A stretch of 64,000 nucleotides of DNA, from assembly GCA_964276515.1 (NCBI GenBank), contig OZ193909.1, positions 12,710,001 to 12,774,000 of the forward strand. The letters run 5' to 3'. The notes beneath the pieces are model-generated. The model made no database searches. It saw only the letters and a program-made list of their open reading frames with translations, and was not told the origin of the DNA. Of the stretch, positions 26,301 through 38,300 are shown piece after piece. The DNA comes from Gordius albopunctatus (lineage: Eukaryota). Positions within the stretch are counted from its first letter, which is position 1. Each line of letters begins with the position of its first letter. Made by a program: the position numbers and the translations under genes.

Positions 26301-29300
26301 CCGTGGATTTGGCGCAGGTTAGCTAACTCCCCTAGCTAGGTTGTTGTGCCTGGGTGTTGGTGGTGCTAGGCTTTAATTACTCACGCATCTTAAGTGTAAA
26401 CTGGATCGTTGCATAAATTCTGGTATTGTTATCAAGGACACATTATAGCTTAGTTAAATTATTCGATATCGAATTTCATCATCGCGAATTGATTAGGGTT
26501 CTAATATTTCGGACTTCGGAGTCTCATTATTAAGGATAAAAAGTAATAAGTAGAAGTCGGCGCCATAATGAAAAAGCTCTTTTTCATTTATCCCCTATCA
26601 AGCTATTAGACCATATTTATCATTTTTTGGTGTAAAGGGATATTGTATTTTGATACTTGCAACGACATCACCTTTTATCTATCCCAACTTTTCGAATGGG
26701 TTCTGTGCTACTTTACATCAAATAATGAATAGCATTGCATAACGCGGGATACTGGGGATTTCAATTAATTTGTCAAGACAACTCGTTATTCGATGGACAT
26801 GGATTATCTATCTTTGGTATGATTTGAATTAAAAGGGAGATAATTTAAAATGGAAATTCTGGGAAAACATTGTAATTTTGATCTGACTCATTTTGTCCTT
26901 GAACCAGCTCGCGATTGTATGTGTTTTTATAGTATGGGGCAATGATTGGTAGAGTAGTTTAAACTGTTCTTGTTCGGTGGTTCCACCCATAAATTAATTT
27001 GAATGATTAAAATGAATCTCGCGATCTAACAGCTCTTCTTTGTATATTATTTGGGGCGGCATGATATAAACTCTATTATGGGTGGGTTTGAGAAGTCGTT
27101 ATACTCAATATTTTTAGATTACCTTTATAGGCCTTTTATTTTAACGGGAAGACGATTGTTGGACGAGCCTTAGGAATTCAGTGATAAATTATTATTGGAT
27201 ACTATCATATTATTGTGACTAAGGATTATACAACTTTTTATCCCTAACCGTTTATCCTTATATCGCAAATTTATGTGACTTTTGCAGAAAATTATCGAAG
27301 AAGAATTAGCGATGGAAGAAGAGGCAGAATCTTTGGTGAAACATCAAGAAGCCCCTAAACCAAGTGTCGAGAAGAAATCTAAATTTACTGAGGTTTTTAC
27401 ATCGACATTTTATTAATTGCTATGCAATTTATGGGCTCGCTTTTTTTATATATAAAGATTAATTAAGTTCTTTTTTAATAGCTTTTTGATAATTCTTTGT
27501 TCGAATCAGATCCTGCAAAGTGGAATCGTTCAATCCGAACCCGACTTTACCCTAGTTTTTAATTTGACTTGACTTCTTATTATTACTATAATAAAATCTC
27601 AATACGAACCTGCACCGACCCAAATTTTTATTAACTTAGTTTCTCAAACTACTGAGTATTAATTTTTGTTTCTATAATTATAAGTTTAAGCAAGCATCTT
27701 AACTAAAAATTAAATTTTGACTAAGTTTTTAAACGATTTTTGATCAAAAATGAACTTAATGAATTTTAAATTATCATTTGGAGACGATTTCGAGATTATA
27801 AATTTCTTATCTTTTCGGGCTAGTGTCCGGCGCAATTTATTTGCATCGGGAAAAAGTGATAAATCATGGCTTTATTGTTATGTCATTTTAACTTATCTTA
27901 AGGCTTTACATATTAATTGTAAATGGCCAATATTTCAAGGGGATGACGACTTTTATAGCCGGGTTAAAATTTATGAATTTTCTTCGTGCATCATAAAAGA
28001 GTTTCGAGGAGAGGCAAAGGAAGGCGCTCGAAGACAGGGGAGGTGCGACTATAGCCGCTCAGCCCGTTCCCCTACCACCCGAGGCCGAAAATTTGATCAT
28101 CAAGAAAAATTACGACCCGAAATGTAAGTTTCTAGGGGAAATCATGTGATGAAACTTTTAACACTTTATTATGCGTGATTGCGGTTTTAGTGCTAAAGGT
28201 GCAAGCACAGACCCCGTCGGTGCAATACCTCATCTCACCCATCACGGGAGAAAAGGTGCCAGCGCATAAAATGCAGGAGCATTTGAGATACGGTAATAAA
28301 TCACATTTGTGTAGAATTCCATTGAAGTATGGATCGATTTTGCACGGGGTCAATTTAATTTGGCTCGCATTATCGTCAATTTTAAGGCAAATTTTCAAGT
28401 TTGAGTTCCGGGTTTTATCTTTTAGAGGGGTTCGAAAAATATGAAAAACGGTTGAGTAATTGGCTTGTATAACCCAAATTTTGAAGAGACTATCTTACTC
28501 TTCCCTCTTCGACAGAGGTTTTACTTGAAATAATTTTGATTCGTTCTTTCTGTGATAAGATGGCCAAAATTTGCTTCAATCGAAGAAATTTTGTTTGGCC
28601 AAATCGTTATAATAAAGAATTATGCCTGCACTTTTTTTGTTCCTGTCATAATTTAGCATATCATAATGTTGTTTGCGTGGGCGTAGATAGGATTAAAATT
28701 AGAGTCGAATGGGCACATTAGACTTATATCTAAACCCATTTTTCCAACTAAAGATGAATATGAAGTCTAGCATAAATATATAGGTATTATATTATTATCC
28801 ATCTAAATTTGTACTATTGTTTAACCAAATGTTAATTCATTATTGCTAGGATTATTGGATCCGCAATGGTTGGAGCAAAGGGAAAAATCGTTGAAAGAAA
28901 AGAAGGAACAAGAAGAAGTTTACGCCACGGGCATATCTATTGGGTCGAGCCTGAAAAAATTGGCCGAAAGGCGTACCGATATTTTCGGTGCTGGGCACAA
29001 GGAAACTTACATCGGCAAAAAGGTGCGCCAATTGACTACGATTTCCCTCTTTCTTATCCTTATTTTAATTAATTGTAAAATACGTTGACAACTCGTTAGA
29101 TTTATAATAGGAACCTTAACTTTTATCTTTTACCTTCAAGAAAATTAACATCCTCACCATTTTTCAGATTTCGTTACCACTTTAATTGAGGATCGTAATT
29201 TAAAAGCATATCGAATTGGCTGGTATTTAAGCCCAATTCAAGGTGCAAAGTTGTGTGAAGATTGAAAAAATCATTAACGGACAGATTAGTGGAACTAGCA

Positions 29301-31763
29301 TAGTATTAAATTGAGTTTTAAGATTTTGCTTTGCATCTTCGTAATAACATATGTGCGTCATTGATGCATAATCTAGTGTATTTAGCTGATTCCTCTCTCC
29401 TCCACCCTTAGTTCAGAGTCCTGTATTATTTTAAACCATGAAATTTTTTGAGATAATAGCGCGAAATATTATTTGTTCTACTTACTTGAAGGTATGCTGT
29501 AATAAGAAACACAACCATGGACGTCAATTTAAGCCATAAATATATTATTTTTTTGAAAAAATAATTCAAGGGGGGGGGAGCAACCGCCTCTTCCCTCCCC
29601 CGGTTACTCCGATGAACACAATCGCAATATAGGTTTTGGGACTACATTTATTTTTGTGGGAAGCTGCAAATCTTCTATATAACTGACCATATCTTTTAAA
29701 AGTATTTAATATTGAACGTCATAGCTGGACGAGAGGCCAGATAGCGATGATGAAGACGTTTTTGGGAAGTGGGAAGGTCAAGTCCTCTCCAAAGAACCCG
29801 TCATTAATCCGGGTGCTCGGGTTTTGGCGGCATCTTCAGCGTCTACATCAACTTCTTCTACCCAGTCTAGCGCCCCCAAATACACCGGCATATTTCCACC
29901 GTAATATTTTCGTTACTTGTATATATATATATATATACAGTTGATTGACTGCTTAATATTGGATTAGAGGGGTTAAAAGGGTAGGTCTGTTGTTTAAATG
30001 TTTCTATTTATCCTTATTTGTGTTGAAAATTTGTTTATTTGATTGAGGGCGCGAGTGTCACTCTCTGTCCTCCCAGGGCTACACCTATTCTTCTGGCACA
30101 TCTAATGTTTTGGTAGCTAGGCAAATGTTTATGCTCTTTTATATATCGCTGGGTAATTACTAATGTATATTTTGCTATATAAGCCTTTAATTGGACCATG
30201 TGCTTTCTCTTTTTAAACAGCGGTATTTTAGGTTAACATTTTTAACGGACCTTTATGGATAAACATTTGCGATATTAAGGCATCTCTTACCTACAATTTA
30301 TATCACTTTTATAGGCCTTCCTTTATAAAGTGAGTTTATGTTTGCAGTTTAAATTTGACTTAAATTGTTCAGACTTTCTTTCACTTTAATTATTTAATTA
30401 AATATCAAAGGTCACTTTATGTAGAAACCCCACAACTATGGGTGTGCATGATAAAGAGTGTATATTGAATTATAATCGCCAGTATAATAACATTAATTAT
30501 TCCTATGGTTAATTAATCTAAGTTAATCAATGGTTTTATACCGAGTTTAAGCCGTGACCCTTTTGCAGGCATTCCGCCGTTAAAAGCACGCTTGCTCCCG
30601 TCTCAGCTGCACACACCAACAATCCGTCAACACCCGCCTCTACCACTGCTCCTCCTACCCTGACTACTCTGGCTCCACCCCCCGTCGTTGCTTCGGTCAC
30701 GCCCATCTTAGCTCCGCCCCCCATATTGCTCGGTCCCCCACCCCTGCCTATGATGTTTGGAGCGATGGCGGCACCCCCACCCCCCCTGCTGCTTCACCCC
30801 GCACCCCCTGCTCAAACCGCCCCTCCCACTAAAAAGGCTAAATTGGGCGAGGAGTCTACGCTGGTGCCAGAAAGCGAGTTTTTAGCTAACAATCCGGTTA
30901 GATTTACCCTTTTTTGCTTGAAATACTTGCAGAAAAACTGGAACTTTTGTTTGATGAAGCGTTATATTGTGAAATGTAAATAAAATGATTAAGATCATGA
31001 GTTGGAAATCCTTGGTGTTTAGCTATTAATTTATGGATTTTATAATATTTTGATCGGTGTTGTGTTTTACCAGCAATGTTTCCCATTTAATCCACGCTAT
31101 AAATACAAAAAATTGCTATTAAACCTTGTAATGAAATCGTTGATACTATCTTTTAACGCGAATACTCCTTCAGTTCTATGTTTGTAGTTGGCCCTTATTG
31201 GTAAGCGCGACTCTCTTTCCTTCAAATATACATGACCCTAATTATTTGTGGGACGGTTTCTAATATGACTGGGAAAAATATTTTTAATAGCTTCCTTTTA
31301 TTCAAGTATAACGGTTTAACTTTCCTTAAAGGCGTTCCCATGTGCCTTATTATAACTATGTCATTGTTATTATTTGATTTGTTTTTACTTAGAGCCCCGT
31401 ACAATTTAATGTGAAGTTGCCCGTGGTGCCTGATAAACCAGAATGGAATCTGAACGGACAAATCCTATCATTTTCTTTGCCTCTCAGTGACAACGTATTT
31501 TAAATATGAGTTTTGATAATCGGCATATTTTTATTTGTAGGTGTCTGTGATTAAGGCCAAAATTTATGAGACGATCAGTATGCCCGCGGGAAAGCAAAAG
31601 TTACAGTATCAAGTGATTGATTGTTTCGCTTATTATTATTGAAATATTAATTTTATTTTAGGGTATATTTATCAAAGACTCCAACACTCTGGCCTTTTAC
31701 AACTTTACCAATAATTGCAAAGTTGAATTGTCCCTTAAAGAGCGTGGTGGAAGAAAAAAATAA
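23387..31763 (+). CDS. SF3A1: Splicing factor 3A subunit 1; exons 23387-23474, 23511-23549, 23709-24045, 24868-25027, 25445-25598, 26097-26317, 27288-27392, 28000-28123, 28191-28292, 28850-29022, 29725-29900, 30569-30896, 31393-31494, 31541-31612, 31662-31763
   Basis: GIIYPPPELRNIVDKTASFVARNG (SURP1), DIVKLTAQFVA (SURP2), AYAQIDWHDFVVVETVDF, LAERRTDIFG, Pro-rich tract, C-terminal ubiquitin-like domain ending KERGGRKK*; all junction phases consistent. Exons 7, 8 and 11 are least certain. Confidence 0.95.
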
Positions 31764-32442
31764 ATTTATCAGAGTTGGAACACATTTTTGGGATTAAAGC
31801 GATTAAAAACTACATCAAAGATTAATTAATTAATTTCAGTGATTATGATCAATAATTTGTATTTCTATCATTTACAATGTATTGTTTTCCCCAAATTGCA
31901 CTTTTACTTAAATACTTAGTTTAAAAAGTCTTATGTTCCGATTAGTTTGAATTTTAGTTTATAATAACATCATACTATGCTCTCTCTTTTTTTCTAAATC
32001 ACTATAACAACTGCTAACCAATTAGTATTTTTGACACTCCGATGGTCATTTGGAGTTTTAAAATCAGAGTAAACTTAGGAGAGGTTTTTTATTTAAAAAT
32101 TTATTATAACTACTGAAATTAAAAAAATATGCTTATAAATAATATTAACGGGAGCTAGTTAGCTTTTTAAGACCCTTTTTACCATTTAAGTCACATTTGC
32201 AACCTTACCTTGGCGTTATATTTGATATTTTATTTCATTGAACCTTGGACGTACGACTCCTATTTCTTAAATTTTTAATAACTCTGTAAAATATCTAAAT
32301 ATCCACTTATTATTATAATAGACAAAGTTGGAAATTATGAGTTTTTTTATTTGTTACAATTTTTATCGACCAATTTATTGGTGATCTCACAATTTGTGGA
32401 AATCTTTCGGATTTGCTTTAATCAAGGTACTGACTAAAAACA

Positions 32443-33653
32443 TTATTGTATATCTACGTTGGTTGCTTGGTATATGCGCTGCACGGAATTTAAATCTTGT
32501 ATAGCGTGATCTATTTTTTTGCGCTCGAAATCGGGTCCAAATTGATTATTATTATTTTGCCGTTCGGTATAAGGGGCTATCGGTAATTTTGAGGTAAAAG
32601 TTGGAGTATAATAACCTTTTGTGCTAGACGAAAAAAGGTAGTTGGCAACAGTAGCTTTCATCTTTCCAATAAACCCTACACTACTAGAAGTCCCCATATC
32701 ACTCACGATTGGTTGGTTATTAAATTTGTTGTTATTAGTGATAGTAAACGTTGCCAGTCCTGAGTTTAGCCTATTTTGAGCTTTTTTATTCGGAGGTTGG
32801 GGAAGGGGGTAAATTGGAGTTTTAGAAAAAAATTGCTGCAAATTTTGCGACGGCACTTTCATGACGTTATTATCAACTCTATTGCCATCCATATTATCGC
32901 TAGGGTAATCTTCTCTTTCCACAATTTCTTCACCTGCTCCGTCGTCAGATTGGCAATCCAAAGGGTCCATCAATAAAATGAGTCCGGGAAATTTTCGCAT
33001 AGCGTTGATCACAAAAGGAACAGTCGCAGAAATTGAACTTGTATTAGTACTACTCCCGTTTTCCGAATCAATTACGGGCTCTTCTAGCAATCGCTTGAAA
33101 AAATTGAGGCTCCGTTTTGTTGTAAAGCTTATGGTGGTTGAACGATCCAATGTGGCATTTGATGAACTTATCAAATAATCAGCCATAGGTTTTTGGAGTT
33201 GAGGCAATTTCCCTGGGCTGGCCAAGATTTTTCTTAGCGGCATTACTTCGTCGCGAATTACCGTGTCCGCGCTAAGTAAAATCTTTTTTCTACACCTCCT
33301 CCTACGTATGATAGTTTCGTTAGTTCCAATAAAAGGATTATCTGCAACAGGAATTTCTGGCAATCTTCCTAAATTCAAATTTGGTAATCTCTTAGGCTGC
33401 GAGATCATATTAAAAGTCGTAGCTTCCAGGTTTTGAACCATGCCTAAAAAATCTAATTATATTGTAGCGTTGTCAACTACTTTTTATTTATACCTGATTT
33501 ATCTCGGTCTTCCTCATAACCCTTACTTACCTTTGAATCCCTGCCATATCCATTAAAAGCAGGTTGGGTCTGAATATATGGCTGTTGTAGGGGATAAGTT
33601 ATACCCTTTTCAAATAAACATTTTATAACTAATACAAAAATGTGGGTATTCAT
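32443..33653 (-). CDS. Orphan/hypothetical Ser/Thr/Asn-rich protein; main exon 33443-32443, upstream exon ending at 33494
   Basis: 332-aa stop-free ORF in AT-rich DNA; phase-consistent 50-nt GT-AG intron 33493-33444; basic patch RRRRCRKK; no family recognised; start and end uncertain. Confidence 0.55.
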
Positions 33654-33795
33654 AATGATAACTGGCAACAATTGAGCGATTTCAAGGGCAAGTATTATTG
33701 TCAATCGGCAACAATGTTTTTTACCGATCGACAATAATAACTACTAATGCTTACACATTTCTTAACCTCGAATTGGATGACTTTTATGAATAAAA

Positions 33796-35320
33796 CTAGC
33801 TGTGCCCGGCCAAGCGTTGCTTTGGCTTAGTACTTATTTGGCTAAATAATTGTTACCTATCAATAGAAAATATATGAAAGAATTTGGGTCAGCTGAAAGA
33901 GAGTTTGTGATGTGGGAAAATATATTTTTATATTATGCAAATAAATATTAGCTCAATAAAAAAGCCATATTTATTATTAATCAAATAGATTTATAACAGT
34001 TTTAAATATTATTAGGTAGCGATGTTTAGCGATAACATGAATAGTTGAGTGACAAAAGTGTTTATAAACCACTAATATACAAAAGTCCATGATAATGTTT
34101 GACAATGATGATAATGTTTGACAATTCAGAGATAAATTTTAGTAAAGCGTGTATGGTTGTGTATCGTCATAGCCTAAAATCTAAAGTATTAATAAAATGA
34201 AGAGATAGTAGAAAAACACATTAAAATTTGGTTTAATGAAGTCGTTTACAATCTATCAAACCCCTGAGTAAACACTCAAAAGTGTTGGAATGGCCCCCTG
34301 TCCGAGTGCCTCTTAAAGTCTCTTATTTATGGCGCTTCGGGAGAGGAACTTCCAGCGCTTAGGAGCTTAGCTCCACGCTCAGGTCAAGAATGACCCAAAG
34401 CTTTCCCAAGTCGTAACCTCGGTCTACTATCATCGAACAACGATATACGAGGCCTAAGATTAGGACAAAATAGTTGCTGAACAAATTTCTTAACTTTGCA
34501 ATAATTCCCTAAAATCAAATGGCCATCATGGTCTACACTGTAATAGCAACAAAGCCCGGTATCTTTGACATACCGCGGTTAACAAACTTATAATATCCCC
34601 TCTATTCTTGAACTCACAGGCCTCTGTGAAAATAGCAAACAACCCGTTGGCCAATCTATAGGCGCTTGGGAAAAGGGACTCATTTTAGCATGGGACTATA
34701 GATGTACTGACGTATTCGCCCCATCTTATCACAACAAATATCCCCTGTCCACTCGGAAATTTTCAATTACTCTGAAATTAACAATACTATAATTTTTGGT
34801 TCCATTGCGACAACCACCCTAACAACCTTTGGCCCCCAAGCCTACAAATTATTAAGAAAATAGGGAAAGTTGTAATATAAAAAAATTTCGTAAAATTAGC
34901 AAAAAAGCACGAAACGTGAGAGTGTTTTTAAGAGCGCGCGTTATATTTATTTAAGTAAATGGTGATGTATTACGGTATCTAGAATATTTATTTGTTACAG
35001 ATTTATATATTGTAAAGAAAACGGGCGTAGTTAAGTAAAATATTGAAACACAAATAACAAAGCAATCATAGAAAAAAATTTAAGGCAAAAAGTGGCACCA
35101 TAACGATAAATAAGTACAAACAACGCTGTATAAATAATCCGCTAGATGGCGCCAATCAAATTAAAAAACATGGTTCCCGCTGTCGTAGTGTGATAAAAAG
35201 TGTTTACAAACCATCTACAATGCTAAGGCAATAATCTGGCCAAATTTGGTGGCAATCGGTTGAGAACTTCAAAAGTTATTAGCGCACAAAAAAAGGGACT
35301 TAGATTTATATATATATAGA
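33796..35320 (-). mobile_element. Complete non-autonomous Helitron (1525 bp)
   Basis: Minus strand begins A|TCTATATATATA and ends with GC hairpin GCCAAAGCAACGCTTGGC followed by CTAG|T; A/T target site with no TSD. Confidence 0.88.
34290..34800 (+). pseudogene. Decayed C-terminal fragment of a CRE-like non-LTR retrotransposon (zinc knuckle plus restriction-like endonuclease) inside the Helitron
   Basis: Broken frames give LRLG, GHHGLHC, NIPSILE and WEKGLILAWDYRCTDVFAPSY, matching the G-x-H-x-L-x-C...W-x-x-G-x-x-L-x-W-D-x-T/C pattern of CRE-type elements. Confidence 0.65.
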
Positions 35321-38300
35321 TTGGCATGGACGTAGTAAGGGAAAGGGAGGTGTATGGTTGCCAGCCCCTCTTAAAATAAAAAAAAATCTTAGTTTTTTAT
35401 TAATTATGGTTGAAATTTTAATATCATTTTGCCCTTGTTCCCTTTAAATATAATCCTGACTACGGCCATGCCCTAGGGTGGCTTCTTTTGGATAAGTTGC
35501 AGGATAAAGTTTTGTCAAGGACAATACTTATCATTAATTTTAAGCCAATTTCCATTTAAAATTTCTACTATATATAATAATGAATAAAATTAAAACGTTT
35601 GTTTAAAGTTTTAGTCTCAAAAGTCTGTTCACATTGATTATTTTCAAAAATTCTTGTTTTTGTCATATCAATGCAGTCAGGGATGTTCAGCTGACTCTTT
35701 ATTAACCTGATAAAGTAATACAGACATCCATAATCTTCATAGACCTTCCCTAATATTATATCCTAATTAAAATTCTCGCATATTAACGATTATATAATTC
35801 TAAATAATATGGCGTAAAGAGACTTTTCGTTTAAGATATGAATAATCTATTTACGTGTAGTATCCGCTCTGGTCAGGTCAGACTGGACATGTTGTATATT
35901 ACTTTACTATTGATCAAGGGCATAATTTGATCGAAAGGTTAGATTAAATGAGTTTTAAATCTAAAGAAATTGAGTTAGGGTCTTCTTAGAAAGGGTGTAA
36001 GCGAAGGATTCCATTTCCGTATGCCCAATCTTTAAAACACATTCAGTTCGAAAAGCTTCAAATTAAACGCACTGATTTGGATTTTGAGCTTCTAGAGTTA
36101 TAGCAAACTGGAATAAAAAATAAATTATTTTTTGAAACTGAATATCTATGTCAATAAACCCGTTAAATTCTATGGATATATAAAGCAATTTTTTTCCATT
36201 TTCTTAATAATTTCGAATTTGACATTTCGAACATTGAACGCTAAATCGCTTGATATTTTCTACCGAGAAATTTCTTCAAGGACACTCGATTAAATTGACA
36301 AATTATGATTTAATGTAGAGTATTCAAGTACTCTTCCTGATGTCATTTAATCTACCCACTCTTGAAACATTCTACATGCAAACTTGTATTTCTACTAGCC
36401 CTAATTTATTTAACGTTGAATCGCCAGCAATTAATATCGGATTGCATGTGCAACAATTATACTTATGCAGTGTAAATGTTTTGAATGGAAGTGATATTAA
36501 TTACTATAAAATTATCTATTGTCAATTGTCACTCGAAAACGAAATAGCCCACCCCAAGTGGCTACAAAACAAATAACGCCAATGACCTGACGTATGAACA
36601 TACCCCCTCCCCTCCCCCCTCTCTCAAGTCAAACTGACCTAATGCCCATTGAAATTTGAAAGTCATCAGTGTAAGATCCGATATGAGTTAAATCTGGAAA
36701 ATACTTAACGTGTGTTGTGTCTCTACTGCTTAATCGATAGTGTTAGAGTCTCGGGTGGCCCGTGATGTTAATTAACGTGAATGAATTGAAGATTGGCCAG
36801 CCCTGGACGACTGGCTTGTGTTCAAGAAGGTTACCGCTGGGAATTAAGCACAATGTAAAGTAGCGATTGACACTTCGTTGTAGTACTGGTGTGGGAGGGA
36901 GAGTGACTGTGAGAGAAGAATGAAAAGTATTAAATGTCAAGCTATAATATTTTAAATGAGTTAGCACTATTGTAATTAGAGGAGGAGACTCTTAGACTGC
37001 ACATCACATTGCAATTTAATTTAAATCAGGTTTAAGCGAGTACAAGCGTGCCCCCCAAGCCCAGCGACGCTCTAAAAAAGGGTATTTCATATTTGATAAA
37101 TTTTGTTAAATTTTACCAAAAATGTCTTATAAAATTGTGTAGCAGAAAACAAATATAGTCTAGTAAAAATTAATTGAACCTAAGTAAAATTAATAAATCT
37201 TTTGTCAGAGTCAGACGTTAAAAATTTTGATCCATTTCAATTAAAAAAAGTTTAAAATGGTCTTGATAAAGTTAAATGGCTCTTTTTCTTTTCTTACCCT
37301 ATTTCAATGGAGTCTAAATTAAAATTGAAAGCTTCATTTTAACATTGATATAAAATTATTCCTTTGGGTATCATTTTTTCTCATTTGTCAAGGGGCAAAG
37401 AATCTTAGTAAAATTAAAAGCGTTTCTCGATAATAGGTTTTTCTAAGCTAACAATTTATATTTATTTAAATCGTGCTTGTTTTGAATTTTAAATGACCCA
37501 AACACTAAGTAATATCCATTGGAAGTCAATAAAGCTGACAAAGATATTATCACCTGGGTTAATGTGGGGCAAAATCGTCCATTTAGTAATGACCAAAGAT
37601 TTGTCTGCCCCAAAAATGACTAAATTTATTAAAGTTATGGGTAAGATTTCAAAAAATTATCATTTTGCCCCTACCTAAATCATTATTGCCCCCCCTCTAA
37701 TCCCAATGCTGGCTAGGCCCATGACTACGTTAAAACTAAAAATGCGTTATGTTCATGTGCATAAGCATGACATTTTTTAGAAAACGGATTGATAAAATGA
37801 TAAAGAATGGAAATTTTCCGGACTAAAAGTTTGTTAATCATTTCTTAGAGTTTAATAATTAATATCTAGTTGGGAACAATTTATGCAATCGAATATAATG
37901 TATTTTGTAAAATTTATTAAAAGTAACACTAATTGGCGTTTGAATTTCGACTATGGAACGGTATATAGCCATATATATTTAATTTTGGATGTTATTTAAA
38001 TGCTTAGTAATTAGCTTAAAAAGCTCAGTAAAATGTATTCACTATTTTTTGATGTGCTTTGTAAAAAAAATCAAAAATGTTCAGTTTGTCTAGGCCTTTT
38101 TAATTTTTTATTGTTTCATAACTATTGATATTAAATTAATCTATTTTATCCTTTATTTTATTTAATTCCATAATTTTTTTGTTTTATTATGTATATAAAA
38201 TAATTTTAAAATAAGAAATTAAAATCGTTTCCTATTTTAGCTAAGCTATTTAGATTGGAGGTGATATTATTAAATTTTTATTTATTCAAAAAATATCTCT

